Positions 17,231 through 34,380 of a stretch of 64,000 bases of DNA are shown here, piece by piece. Location: assembly GCF_009914755.1 (NCBI RefSeq), contig NC_060938.1. One strand, given 5' to 3'. The notes beneath the pieces are model-generated. The model had not been told where the DNA came from. It saw only the letters and a program-made list of their open reading frames with translations, and ran no database searches. A program made the translations under genes and the position numbers. The stretch comes from the human T2T-CHM13v2.0 reference genome, Homo sapiens. The stretch's first letter is position 1; every line of letters starts with the position of its first letter.

Positions 17231-17528
17231 GGCTGGGCGCAGTGGCTCACACCTGTAATCCTAGCACTTTGGGAGGCCAAGACGGGCGGATCACAAGGTC
17301 AGGAGTTTGAGACCAGCCTGGCCAACATAGTGAAACCCCGTCTCTACTAAAAATACAAAAAACTAGCTGGGTGTGGTGGCGGGCACCTGTAATCCTAGCT
17401 ACTCAGGAGGCTAAGGCAGGAGAATCACTTGAACCTCAGAGGCAGAGGTTGCAGCAAGCCGAGATGGCACCACTGCACACCAGCTCGGGCAACAGTACAA
17501 GACTCTGTCTCAAAAAAAAAAAAAAAAG
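17231..17528 (+). mobile_element. AluS
   Basis: Full Alu with a degenerate TSD AAGATC(A/G)GTCA(C/T)TG. Confidence 0.9.
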
Positions 17529-20500
17529 ATCGGTCATTGCCAGCATCCTGATGCCCACCTGCTGCAATGGGCCCCACTCCCAAACCTGCTCCAAGGGATG
17601 GATGGACAGTCAGTACCTTCACAGCTGGGCAATTCCAAAGACACACATTGGGCTTCTGACTTTACAAGCTACTCCAAGGAACACCTTCCTCTAGGGTCCC
17701 AAGCCCCTGAGAAGTTTATGAAATAGATATATAAAAGCAAAGGCTTGAAGAGAACAAACAAAGCTCATTCAGTAAAAGTGTTTTGAGTCCATCCAGAAAG
17801 GAACTAGGGACAAAAAAAAACACACAAACAAAACAAGATTTTTTGGTTGGCCACATTGGAATTGCCACCAAACACCTGGGCTGCTACATGCGAAGTCCTA
17901 TACTAGGGATGATGTGAGGGGAGACAGAGATGGGGGGAGCAAGGGAAGACGAAGGGATGAAAAACAGCAACACCTCTGCTGTCAAGAATTCTATTGGGAT
18001 TTCTATGTTTTCATAGAAAAAAAGTTATCAGAGACAAAAAGATACTTAATCGCATTTGCCTCTAAGAAGTAAACTTAGGGTTTGGGAGGGAAGGACAGAG
18101 ACTTTTCTTTTTTCTCTCTCTTTTTCTGGAGACAGACTTTTCTTTGTATTTCAATTTTGTCCTATTTTTACCCATGTGTATCCACTACATTTTGAATTTT
18201 TTAAATTCTACAGTACAACTGGAAAGAATATGACTAAAATAATGAAAATGCAAGTACAAGACAAAAGATACCACCCAAAAATATAATCACCAATTGTGAT
18301 CTAAATACTAAGGGAATAAGTGTAGCAGATGGAATTATAATTAAAATGGTCAATATACTGGGTGCTTATTACGTGCCAGGCACTCCTAAGAACTTCACCT
18401 AGATGATCTTATTTAATCCTCACTTCTACCCCGTAAGATGAGATCGGTGGTATTATCATTATTCCCGCTTTACATCTGCAAAAGCTAAGCCACAGAGGGT
18501 GTATCATTTGCTCAAGGTCCTTAGCTAGCAAGTAACAGAGCCAGGTAAGACTCAAATCCAGTTTCACCCACAGTTCACATGGGCTCATCCCCAAAAGAAG
18601 AGAGGGTTCACATCCTAAATGAGGGCTCTAAAGGAGAAGAGGTGTGGTGTTGTTTGGAGAATGTCTATGCGGGAAGGAGGTATGTATGGGAAAGACACAG
18701 TGCTAGAATCTGTGATTATCAAAACTATAAACATTTCTTAAGGACCTACTAAGTGCTGGACACAACCAGATTTAGAGAGTAGCTGTAGGAAACAAAGCTC
18801 TTATACAGAGATGAAAAAGGGCCAGACATGCTCCGTTTACCTTCCAAAACAAGACCACAAAACTCAAAATAAAATCTCTTCAATCCACCCTGAATACTCC
18901 AGAGTCTTAAATGACACTGTGTAACAAGAAAGCTAAGTTGACATAGGGAGGCCAGGAGAAGATGTGAAAAAAGCAGACTAATGCAGCAGAGAAGGGAGGG
19001 AAATAAATATATTGCCTTCCTCCTGGGGCAAAAGCATTTTAATTATCAACTGAGAGTCCAGCAGAGCCATAAAACTGGCCAGCTGTCCCATTCAATCAAG
19101 CCAAAGGCTGTAACAGACAGGACGAGGCTGCATTTTTCAGAGGACCAAGCACTTCGAGTTAAGGCTGAGTCCAGAGGGTTCAAGACGCACGTGCCGTTTC
19201 CACAAGAGGCTTTTGCACAGTTAGAAGGGGCTGGTGGGGCTCAATCCCTTTCAGGGGCTTCAGCAGAATTAAATCTGCCTGTTTCGGTGGGAATAGTAAA
19301 ACTATGCCTGGCTGGCTTAGGAGAGGGCTACTCAGGGCTGCCTAAAATCCTCTTGCACCACTTTAAAAAGGGAAATTCAGCCATATCCTGTGTGCAACTA
19401 AAATAACAAGGAATGGAAAGAAGTTTCTCCTACTCCTTAGAAAGGAAAAAAAGCACAGTGCCATTTACTGAATGCAGTGCCTGTGTGATACTGACACATA
19501 ATAGCTCATATCATCTTAAAACAGTACTGCTCATTTCTGTGTTGTTCATATTTTACGGATGAGATTTCCTGTGACTCCAAGAGGTTGGCCACGTGCCCAA
19601 TGTCAAGTGCTCAAGAAGTAGCTTAAATCCAAGTCTATCTAACTCCCAAGGCAGTGTTTCTTCCATTAGACCACGGTGGTTCCCAAAACCAATCTTAAGG
19701 GGAAAATGTTTTCTTCTCAGATCAAAACCTTCAAGTTTCCTATAGAGAGCAAAAACTTTAGGGAAGTTAGGAGGGAAAGGGACATGCAACCCACAGCTTT
19801 TAATATGTCTAATGTATATGTCTCACTCTTACAGTATAGTGGATCACACAGGGGACATGTTCTTCCTGTTATTCTGCAGGTCAGTGGGGATATATGAGGC
19901 ACACAATTAAAGTCGCCTAAGTGACCTTGAGCCCCACCTGGAAAAGCCCTATGTTGTTTCAAAAAAGTGAGCAGGAAGCAAGTGTAAATCAAAGCAGCAG
20001 CAAAGCTCCGAGACACCAGGATGCCCCTTGCTTAGCTCCAAGGACAGAGTAGCAGGCGACTAACTGTGTCCTGCTTCTAGGAGGAAGGCTGTCCTTGGAT
20101 TATTGTGAATCTCCAGGATGGTTCATGTGACCAGAGCATCTTCTCTCAGCAAGGCCATCTGTCATGCCCTGAGCAGCAGTGGGGGAAGGGGACCACTTGT
20201 GGGCTCCTGTCAACTGTTTTCTCCACTAAACCACTCAGCAAAGATTCCCTTTCAGTAGATTCAGCCCAAGCCAGAACAAGCCCCGAAGTGGGGAACCTGA
20301 GCACATAGCAGCCTGACATGCACAGGCAGACAAACCGTGTAGTCACTAACATTCCCAAATACACAGACATTCATGCTTTAAGTCCTGGGCAGGACCTCAG
20401 AGACCACCTGTCCAAACCCCTCATTTTGCAGATGAAGAATCTGAGGTCCAGAGAGATCACAGACGTGCCCAAGGCCACCCGGCCAGTCAGTGTCAAGGAC

Positions 20501-23407
20501 AGCCCTGGGGCCCACGTTCTTTCCACTGCACCAGAACACCTCTTACACAGATGCCCAATTTAAGTTATCTGTAATGATATTGATTCATAACCTTCTCTGA
20601 GTCTTACAATAATAAGAGCCCTGACCTTTTCCCTCCAAAATGAATGTATCCACATTTTGCATGGAACCATTTTGCGTGGTTCCCTGGCCCTGTGTTAATC
20701 TTTACATTATAAGAGGAACAAAGTGTGGTTCTACAAGAGGCTGTCAGGGGTATTGAAGGGGACTCCACAGTAAAGACCTGGGCTCCCTGGACCTGGGATA
20801 GAAGCTACATTTTTCTCCTGACTCAACCAGACCACTGACATCACTGCTTTGTGTGCCATCCATAAGTGACCCTGAGCTACATCATCGAAACAAGGTGAAG
20901 AACCAGGTTAAGGAATGGAAATTTTTCCAAGAGATGAGGAGGAAAGGAGAAATAGGCAGGCTCTTCTCTCATCTCCTCAGAGATCCTGAAGGACAAATCT
21001 TGAACCTGAACAATGACGGTGCCACAGACCACCCGCAAACTGTGGTCAATACCTAGCTCTTACCAGGTTTGGTTGGGAGGGATGTGGGGAAGGGAAGATA
21101 CAATAAAATGTATTACTTACTTTCAAGGCAATAGTGGCTCAAATCAGAGGAAACAGATCAAAGAGGAAGAGACTAAATACTCATCTGGAAATCAGACCCC
21201 ACACGCCTTTCAAAGCCTTTCTTGCCCTGAACTCAACCCCTCACCAAGGCTGTTTTCTGCAACTAAAAGCTCATGGTCCAGAAACCCCAACCAAGGCCCT
21301 TCATACAGCACAAGCTTCTGCTCCAACTCCAGCACAGCATTATGAGAGCTTAAAAGTTGCCTGGTGTCCTGAGCTACTTGCTGCCCCACTGAGTAAGCTG
21401 CAGAGAACCTCCACGGTGATGAAATAGGAAGAAGAGGCAGGCAGGACTCTAGAGCAACCGCTGGGAAATGAAGGCACGTGGCCCACAAAGAGATCCATTC
21501 CCCTTACGAATCCTTCTCCACCAACCACAGGAAAGGATGGAGGCAAGAGAATCCAAGCACGCAATTTGCCTCCCAGGAGGCCACACTGTACGGGGCACTG
21601 GGCCTGCTGGCCTCACTGCCTGGAACCTCCTTGCCCCACCTTCCCTTTCCACTTTGTCTCCACTCTTGCCTCTCTCAGATCACGTCGGAAACAAAACTTC
21701 CTCAGAGAATTCTCCAGCACTCCTCTTGAGGCATGTCCCGTTATCAGCCATGCTCATGGTACTCACCACAGTCTTGACTTTACATTTTGTGCCACTTTAT
21801 TTTGATCAAGGTCTTTCCCCCTGACCCCACAGGGAGCTCCTGGAGAGGAGGGCCTGTGTCTTTTTTGTTTCCTGCTGTATTCTTAACACCAGGACTTAGA
21901 CTGGCCCATAAAAGAAAACCAACTTTGTGCAGGAGATGGCCACAAAGGCACAGGACAAAAGGGAAAGGCAAGGTTCCCAAACCACGTTCAAGAACTGAAA
22001 GATGCAACAGGACTTGCAAGTCAGATCTCCGGCCTCAATGGTTTCTTCTGCTGAGTCCTGTTCACCCGGCTGGTTATTTGCTTCATTTCAGCTTTATTCA
22101 CTTACGTATTTATTTTGGCTTGCAGAACATATCTCTGTATTCATAGGAAACGCTACCCATCAACTGAACAGGATGCTCTGAGACACGCCAGGTGGCTGCT
22201 AGCTAACCTCTGGCATAGCCTCCTGCAACCAAAAGATAAATCCAATTCTCTGAGCGCTTGTACACTTTTGCCTGGGAAAATCCTCAAAACACATCCATCA
22301 TCCTCCAACTCTCTGTTAAGAAGGAACATGTGGCAAAAACCACCAAAGGACCTGACTAAGGAAAAAAACAGGGAGTGAAATTCAGAAGTACCTGAGCCAG
22401 GTAATGCCAGAAGTATTTCATTTGGAGAGGCCTCCATGAAGCATACAAAAAGTCATTTACTTACCTCTCAAAAAGGACCAAGACTTGGGTTTTCCAGATG
22501 ATACTTCACTGCCTTCCAGGTCCACTCTGGGAATGTTTTCCTGCCTATTTCATTCTCTTGTAGGAAAAAACTGCTTTTACAGCTACTCCTCATCCTTTTT
22601 CGAGGCAAGTCTAATGCCACATCATCCCTGACCAGGGTGCCTGAGCCTTAGCTGCTTCCTCCATCAGGCAGAATGGGCTCTACCATGCGTGCAGGACGAC
22701 ACTAGAGACTGGGATCCAGTGGGTCCCAGGGTGCCACAGGTCTGGCAGCCAGCAAACTCACCAGCCATGAGAAATCCCACACAGGAAAACCAGTCAGGAG
22801 CTTTGGCTAGTGTGTGGTCCAGGTATACTCCAGGGCTTAGAATGTTAGAGCCTGCTGAGCTGAGGCCAATGGGAAGACAAAATCTCTATCATCCTCACAC
22901 TGGTGAAAGCATGTCTTCAGCTTCCTGACCTTGTGAACTCCAAGAGAAGGTTGGAGATGAGGACAAGGTGCAAGTGAACAGAATTTGGAGAGGGAGATGC
23001 TACATGGACCTCCAGTTCCAACAGGAGCAGCCAATCCAACAATTCAACAAAACTGGAACAGGCACCATGAGGAGCGTGACAGGCAGTCCCCAAGTTGGGA
23101 ACAAAGGGAGTACTGAGGTTGGACAGAACAGACTGGGAGTAGACCCGACAGCACCGGGCAGTGGTCGGCTCCAGCAGCTCCTAGCAGCCGGCAACTGGCT
23201 ACAGTGGAGACGTGGGCCAGTGAGTTAGCCAGGGCTGGTGATCAGGAAAAGTGTGAAGAGGGGAGGAGGCAGAGGCGTTTGGGATTAATAACGAATGTAC
23301 TGTCACAACACCACACTCCAGCATCCAAAACAGGTGGTTGGGCTCAGACAATTAAGATGGATCAAGGGCCAGGGGACTCTAACGAGGATGAAAAGCAAAT
23401 TCCATAT

Positions 23408-23527
23408 GGCCGGGCCTGGTGGCTCACGCCTGTAATTCCAACAGTTTGGGAGACCAAAGCAGGTGGATTGCTTGAGCCCAGGAGTTCAAGACCAGCCTGG
23501 GCAACACGGCGAGACCCTGTCTCTACT

Positions 23528-23560
<33 letters not shown>
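23408..23560 (+). mobile_element. Free left Alu monomer (FLAM-like)
   Basis: Left arm only, (TAAA)n tail, AAATTCCA on both flanks. Confidence 0.8.
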
Positions 23561-23561
<1 letters not shown>

Positions 23562-23656
23562 TTCCACACAAGTGAGGTCTGAATGACACCCATGGGTAAG
23601 AGAAAGGGAACATTTACATTTTGGGATCACGTAAGTAAACCAGTTCACATGATATT

Positions 23657-23760
23657 TCATTCATTCATTCATTCATTCATTCATTCATTCCTTTTATCTA
23701 TACATTTATTGAGGACCCTACTATGCACCTGGAACTATGCTGGGAGCTAAAGACACAAAA
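23657..23760 (-). mobile_element. L2 3' end with (TTCA)n microsatellite
   Basis: (TTCA)8 followed by ATTTATTGAG...CTACTATG, typical of an L2 tail. Confidence 0.65.
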
Positions 23761-24511
23761 CCTATTTGGAGATGTAAGGGATGCTCCTGAAATCATAGCC
23801 AAAAAAAGAGGCCAGGTTGTGTAACTTGGCAGGTTGGCTTACAGGCCAGCACGGTGTTTTGTTTCGTTATGGCCTATGAATGCCTACCAGTGCTTTAAAC
23901 TGACTCACCCTGGCTGGATGGCAGTTGAACTTGCAGCCATTAGACCAGGGGTTCTAGTCTCTTGTCACTCCAATATTCTTCTACGAACTACCAGGTAGTA
24001 CACATTCATCAAATGATGACTTAGCACTGACTACAGCAAGGATATGTGATGGGCTACCAGAAGCAGCCAGGTTTGAACTGAGCACAGAAAACTGCGGAAG
24101 GGTTGGACAGGCAGAGAGATGAGGCGAGGGCACCCCTGCCAGCAAGGAGGAAAGGGGAGACCAGCTTGGCTAAAGAAGAAAGTGCCTCTAGAAGAAGAGA
24201 AGGCAGCAAAGATCTCATGATCATTTAAGCTGACATCTGAAAAGAGGAAGACAGGTGTGCCTAGCCCCAAACCAAATACAGTTCACCACTCACCTCTGCT
24301 CTTTCAGCTATAAAGTTAAGAATGAGTTGGTTGAAACCCAAAGAAGGTACAGGCAGGGGATAAATCAAACATTAATGCAAAGTGGATGCTGTGGCCTTGT
24401 GAGCAGAACGACGTTATTCCCAATTATATGAAACTAAAGCACTAGGCCACACAGAACAACAATGAAATACCCCAGCTGTCCAACAGGAGTGTGCAGGCAA
24501 GAGTGTAGTGA

Positions 24512-26062
<1,551 letters not shown>

Positions 26063-27389
26063 ACTTATATAACTTTTAATGGCCACTATTAAACTGCTCT
26101 TCTGCCCAATGCCGTTACACCAAGCCACCTACTATACAAAATCCTGAAGTCCATCTACCTGCCCCCAAAAGGACAACCTTTCCATTTAAGACCATCTTTC
26201 AACAACGTGTTTGCTAACTATCACGTAACTGGTTTTCCCCAATTTGATGGAGAAGAGACACATAAATCCATTTTTATAGCCAGAGGCTTTTTACAAGTAG
26301 TTTTAGGGCGTGATGCTTAAGTTAATGATGTGATGTGGTAAAGTAGTATAAACCAGTAGTTAAGCCAGGGGTCTGAGCCACACGTCCCAGGGCCTGGCTA
26401 AACTTGTTTGGCTGTATGATGCTAGACATCTGAGGTAACAGTTCATACCGATGCATGTCCTGCATTAAGATTCCATGGTAAGACTGCTAGCTGCCAATTC
26501 CTTAGCGGCAATGCCCTTCCTTGATAAGAGATCCTGATTCTCAGCTGGGTTCAATGACACCCAGCATAAAAGCCTCCATCTCCCTGTCTCCTCTCCAGCG
26601 AGTGATGGCCAGGCGACCACACTCTGTCCAATTAACACAAGCACATACGCCATGCTGGACTTCCGGGAGATTAATGGGAGCCAACTCAGCCACATGGGGC
26701 ACCTTTTCTGTGCTTCTGCTTCCCCTCATCCTTCAGGCCTGTGACTTGGACCTCATAACTGGCAGTCCAGCAGCCATCTGGACCACAGGGTGACAATGAG
26801 GATGGAAGCCAAGTACTGGGATGAGGGAGTGAAAAATAGGAGCCTGGGTCCCAGATGACAATATGGAGCTGCCCTAAAATCCTCCGGGCTTCTTTTCAAA
26901 GACAAGTCAGTGTAGACCTTGTTTAGCCGCTGTTATTTGGTTTGGCTTTTCGGGCTACGTACGGTCAATCTAAACTCAATGCAGATTCTGTATCAACATA
27001 GGATACTATATGCCATACGCGTTTCACTGCCAGTAAACTGCAAATGACTTTTTAAAGTAGATGACCAAGATAATAAAACATTTTAATAAGACACTTTTTA
27101 CTGAACCTTTCTAACAGCTAGGGGTTTATCATCAACTGCTTTCTCTTTCCCACAAAGACAGCTCCTGTGTATACATACTCTTTTCTCGAATGGTCAAAGT
27201 CAACTAACACATATAATTCCTAGTATTCTGCCCTCACATGACAATGACCAAAATCCAATTCTCTGGAACCCTTAACAAAGCAAGGAAAACAAACCAGTGT
27301 TCCCAAGTCTATAAAATACAAAGAAGTTATGGCTCCCAAGCTGGAGGCAATGGGCAAAGAAGTGGCATAACACTTCTAAGATAATTTTA

Positions 27390-27765
27390 AGCCTGGGCCA
27401 CAAAGCAAGACTCCCGTCTCTATTAAAATAATAATAATAATAATAATAATAAAATTTTTTAAAAAAAGGCTTGGTGCACTGGCTCACGCCTGTAGTCCCA
27501 GAACTTTGAGAGACTGAGGCAGGTGGATCACCTGAGGTCAGGAGTTCGAGACCAGGCTGGCCAACATGGCGAAACCCCACCTCTACTAAAAATACAAAAA
27601 TTAGCCAGGTGTGGTGGCAGTCTCCTGTAATCCCAGCTACTCAGGAGGCCGAGGCAGGAGAATTACTTGAACCTGGGAGGCGGCGGTTGCAAAGATCACA
27701 CCACTGCACTCCAGCCCGGGTGACAAAGTGAGACCCTGTCTCTAAAAAAAATAAATAAATAAAAT
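27390..27765 (+). mobile_element. Alu 3' fragment with (TAA)n tail plus a full AluS
   Basis: Fragment at 27390-27452 and a full Alu at 27468-27765. Confidence 0.85.
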
Positions 27766-28477
27766 ACAATCATTTTCAAGTCATGTACACATTGCAATGG
27801 AGTAAGAATGGTGGTATCATCGAGGCTCATATTAGACGTATACAATCCTTGGCAAACATCCACCCACAGACAAACGTCAAAGTGCTACCCCACCACACAT
27901 GTAAGATTTACAACTAGCATCAACATCAGCGCCAACCATGCAGTCCAATGGACCATAAACATTACTGCGCAGCAACTGTATTGAGAATGTCCTTTAAAAT
28001 ACTGCCGAATGTTTAAGTATTATACAACTTCTGCAATCCTGATGGCTCCCCTTGGCAATCCTAAAACCCACATAAGGAAAAAGAAAGGACCAGAGTTTTG
28101 TCTCCTGAATAACAGAATGACACTCAGGTCTCTTGCCCTCTCCTACAAACAGCAGAACCTTAACAGGGTAACTTTTCCTGCATAAGAGCCTCCACTCCTA
28201 AATACAAATCTCATAAGAGGTAAAAACGTGTATGAAGAGCTTAAAATTATACTCAAATTCAAAACTTCATCAAGTAAACTATTAACTTTTACAACTTTGT
28301 TATCCTAGCCCAACTTTCTAAATGGGTTCAATTATGTAACTTTACAGTACTTTGCCTACTTCTCTCAACATGATAAAAATATTAGAAAAAGTAAAATAAA
28401 GAAAATTCAGCTTCTCCATCACATTTTCCAGCAATATATCTGCTTCTTTTTACCCCATCACTTAAAGCAATCTCTAG

Positions 28478-28823
<346 letters not shown>

Positions 28824-29223
28824 CAAAAGTTTTAATTTATTTAAAGAATAGAATTTGAGTGGGGGTGGGGCGGGGATGAAAATCATCATGATAAAGAGAC
28901 AGGAAAATGGCAAAGGGAAAAAGAGAAACCAGATTTTTTACGTAACTTAAATACTTCACATGCATCATATCTAAAATACATATCTAATGTTCCATACCCT
29001 TACAAGAAGGAGTTTTTCTATTATTAAGGGGGAAAAGAACACAGGTAGAAAAGATAAATGTATATTTGTATATGCATAAACCAGATACGCTTTAAAAATG
29101 TCGGGAAGGATATGCCAAATGTAATAGTTGTTCTCTCTAAAGGGAAGCATTATAGGTTAACTTCCTCTTCTTTTTAGCTGCACTTTCTAATTTTCTACAA
29201 TAGACACTTACTACTTACATAAT

Positions 29224-29683
<460 letters not shown>

Positions 29684-30622
29684 TTAAAATGTAGTTTTTA
29701 AAGTAAACAGATTCACCATAGTATCAACAGAAAAATAAACCACATCTGGAACAGCCTGGAGCAAAACAAAGTCTGAAGGATTTCCAGGCTCAAAGCTGAA
29801 GGATGCAAAGAGAGTGAAGTCCCTGGGGGCCCATGCTTCCCCCACCCAAAGTCCTTCAACTCAAATGCCCTCCTCTCTGGGACAGGATGCTCCAAGTGAT
29901 TTTAAGTACATACCATTATGCAATTGTGTCCTCTTTACCACCCAGTTTAGGCAAGAGAGAGCACAAACTACCACAGAAAAGAAGCGTATTCCTAGCCCTG
30001 CTGAGTCAGCCAACGTGAAGGACTGGAGCTTCTACCAACTCACCATTTAATATTTAACACTTGCTTTAAATCCAGTTTATGGATTCTGGATATTTAATAA
30101 AGAGTTGCTTCTCAGTTCCCTGCTATTAAACACTAGGTAATTATGGCATTTAATTAATACCACCCTTGGGCTACCAGGAGGTTGGTGATATTACCAGGAA
30201 GTCATGCTCTCCAAATGGACATCACCACCTGAATCAGCTCACAGTTTAAAGAATAGCATTCTCTTCTTATAGTCCCTTCTGTGATGGGTATCTCAAGTTG
30301 AGGTGTTTAGGTAAACATTCAAACAGATAATAAAGGCTTGCTCTACCTCTTGTTCCACAAAGAGGAAAATCCCTTTTGTGATAATATTCACACTTCCCAC
30401 AAGTTTTGTGCACAGCATATCAGAATTACACATTCTGATATGTGGAAAAATAGTAGGGAAGGCCACTCTAGACTGCTAAAAAAAAAAGCTCAAAATTATC
30501 CCAAACTCCTCAGGCGCCTCTTTCCTCTCTTCCTAAACCAATCTTTCTTGGCACTCATCTCACCTCCTACATCTCCATTCAAGGATGGAATGTGTTTAAG
30601 CAAGGAGTTTCACTGCCCTCTA

Positions 30623-31180
<558 letters not shown>

Positions 31181-31477
31181 TTAACCTTTCATTTACCTGA
31201 GTGGGTAAACACGGCAAGTTGTCTGTTTACTGGGCCTTTCTGTCTCCCCATTATAAAGCAAATTCCATAAGGGCAGGAACTGCAATCAACTTATTTTCCT
31301 TTGCATTTTCCTTAGTGACAGTCACCACATGGTAGGCATTCTATAAACATTCATGAAAAAAAATCCCACCTGGAAAATCATGCAGAATCCTGTACCAAAA
31401 CCAACTATTGTCACTAAAGGGAATATGGGAGAGGTCCTTTTTTTTCTTTTCTTTCTTCCTTTAAAATACATTTAAAT

Positions 31478-31596
31478 ATAGAGATGGGGTTTTGCCATGT
31501 TGCCCAGGCTGGTCTTGAATGCCTGAGCTCAAGCAATCCTCCAGCCTCGGCCTCCCAAAGTGCTGGGATTACAGGCATGAGCCACTGCACCTGGCC
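31478..31596 (-). mobile_element. FLAM/AluJ left monomer
   Basis: Left-arm sequence only. Confidence 0.8.
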
Positions 31597-32922
31597 GAGA
31601 TCCTTTCTTTGAGACTTACTCAGCTTTACTGTGTACTCAGTGGTGAGAAGCACCCAACTCAGTGCCAAGGCAGACACCCAACAACCAAACCATAGGATGA
31701 GAAGAGCTTCTGCAGAAGTATGATTAGAGGCTTAGGAAAATCACTAGCTCCCACAGCAGCACAGAGCACTAAGCGGGTGAGTGGGGAAAGGATTCTCAGG
31801 GAAGGCAACATTTGAAATTGGCCCTAAAGAGTGAGTGGGAGAGATCTCAGGCGATGAAGGAAATCAGGGCAGGGAAGGACAATCAGGCAGACGGAAGGAC
31901 AGGAGCCAAGAACATGGAGTACGAAGTATACGGTATATTAGGACCTCCAGGGAGTCTGCTGTGGCCAGGTCATGTGCATCAGGATTGGAGACGAGGCTCA
32001 AAGCCTTGTTGAGGGTAACCAGGCCAGGAAATGTCTTTAAAGCCATTCTGAGGGGCTTGAACATCACATTGTAAACAAGAGGAGTCATGTATCTTTCAGA
32101 AAAGGAATGTTGTTAGACCTGTAATTTAGAAAGGAAATCAACTCTGGCAGCCACTGGAAACTAACCTGGAGGACACAGACCCAACAGCAAAAGGACCCCC
32201 TAAGGAGGCCTTGCAGCTCAGAGGTCTGAACCTCAGCAGCAGTGAATATAGGGAGTACGCAGTCAATTTGGGAGACTTTCAGAACTTGGTTCTACCTGGA
32301 CCTGGAGACTGAAACATGGGAAAGGAGCCTCATAAGAGATATCTTACTCCAGCAGTCATCTGTGCCTCAGTTCAAGCCCTGATGATCCCAGTATCCCACC
32401 CAGTATCCCAACCAATCATTCTCCTTCCCAAATCCAGAGTTTGAACCTAAGGTACTTGATTATATATTTTGTTGTGTGTGGAAAGGCTTTCATGGGTAGA
32501 TAATAATAGCTGCCAGTGATTATAAAGCGAGCTACATGTGGTGCTAAGTGCTATATGAGCAAAGTGTGTTTTGTTTCTTGCATGAAACCCTGTTCTCTAT
32601 CTTCTTTTTTCTTTTGTCTTTACCTGGCTGATTCATACTCATACCTCAGGTCTTAAATATCAGTTTCATAGTGGAACTTCTCCATCACCAAGACCAAATG
32701 AGGTCAGGCCCCTATCAAACACTTCCATGGCAGTTTCCATTCCACAAGAGGCATCAAGATTATAATTACTTAATTACTTGTTCAATGCCTATTGTCCAGG
32801 CCAGATTATGAGACCCACAAGGGCAGAGATTCTGTCTGCCCTATTCACCACTGCACTTGCCATGCCAAACATTTTGTAGGTAACCAAGAGATCCTTCAAA
32901 TAAAATGGAAAAAAAATCTACT

Positions 32923-33347
32923 TGATATGGTTTGGATATTTGACCCCTCTGATTTTCATGTTGAAATGTAAGCCCCAGTGCTGGCGGTGGGGCCTGGTGG
33001 GAGGTGTTTGGGTCATGAGGGCTGATCCCCCATGAATGGCTTGGCACCCTCCTCACAGTAATGAGTGAGTTCTTGCTCGAATTCACACAAGATCTGGTTG
33101 TTTAAAAGAGTGTGACACCTATCTGGTTTTTCTCTCTTGCTCCTGGCTCCCACCACGTGACATGCCTGCTCCCACTTCACCTTCCGCCATGAATAAAAGC
33201 TCCCTGAGGCCTCACCAGAGCCAAGCAGATGCTGGTGCCATGCTTCCCGTACAGGCTGCAGAACCGTGAGCCAGTTAAACTTTTTTTCTTTATAAATTAC
33301 CCAGCCTCAGGTATTCCTTCATAGCAATGCAGGAATGGACTAACACA
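32923..33347 (+). mobile_element. MST-family (MSTB-like) MaLR solo LTR
   Basis: TGATATGGTTTGGAT...GGACTAACACA, with TG...CA ends and a typical MST body. Confidence 0.85.
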
Positions 33348-33829
33348 CTATCTCAGGAGGAAATAAACCAAATTCAGATCTTAAAAAAAAAAAAAAAAAA
33401 ACTGAACTGGAACTAGACCTTCTGAAACAAATACAGAAAATAATCACACTTCACTGAAAAAAAAAAAACTAAGAAAACAAAGATACATTTCTGAACTTTT
33501 GGCAAGACCAAAAGAGGAACTGCCACTGCTGACTATTCCCTTCCTTACTCAGCCAGCCCTGTAACGCCTCCGTTCTCCACTCAGATGCTGGTGGTGCTAA
33601 AAAATCTGTTCTTGCTTAATTATAGCACCTCTATCCCATCTGAGGTTAGCCCATCTGTATTTTGTAATGCAACTGGCAGTCTGCACAAAGGAAACTCTTA
33701 GGTGGATGTTAGTGGATAGTCTTTAGATATACAAAAAGTATAGCCCATCCTGACCTCAAAATTCCAACTGTTTAAAGAGGTTATCACCTTATCCAGCAAT
33801 CTTCCTGAAGAATGAATGTCATGGCAGAA

Positions 33830-34380
33830 CATTGTAGACTAGCAATCGGCATCCATTCCATAATCCTTCTAGCACAAATTTCAGTACTACAGAGGCTAGG
33901 AAGCTAAAAACTACATTTCCCAGACTCCTTTACAGCTAAAGTTCTGAATGCAGATTAAATTCTGCCAATTAGATGCACAATATTTGAAAGGCAGAAGTGA
34001 GATGAAGACCATGTTCTTGCTGCAGGGATTTTTTGCATCAGCATGTTGGTGTCCAATCACTAAGTCTGTAGATGTGGAGAGGAATGTTTCATAGCCAAGT
34101 GGTTGCCTAATCTCTGGGCTGCAGACACAACAGGGTGTTTTTGAAGCCAACAGCTTCAATGGCAGCTCCTGATTCTGTATGTTCCCAATTAGAGAAGTAG
34201 CAGCTGACCTGGTGGGCCAGTTCTGCTATGTTCTGGGAGTTGTTCACATAGGTCCAGCTGAGAGCCTCTTCTCTCAGCCCTTCCAACAATTCTGCAAGCA
34301 CAGAATTTCCTGTGCTAAATCTCTTTCTTGCTCAAAATAGCTTGAGAGTTTCTGAGCCCCAGAATGAATCCAGACTGATT
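33830..34380 (+). mobile_element. Diverged MLT1-family LTR
   Basis: CTACATTTCCCAGACTCCTTTACAGCTA motif and an MLT1-like 3' end. Boundaries approximate. Confidence 0.5.
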
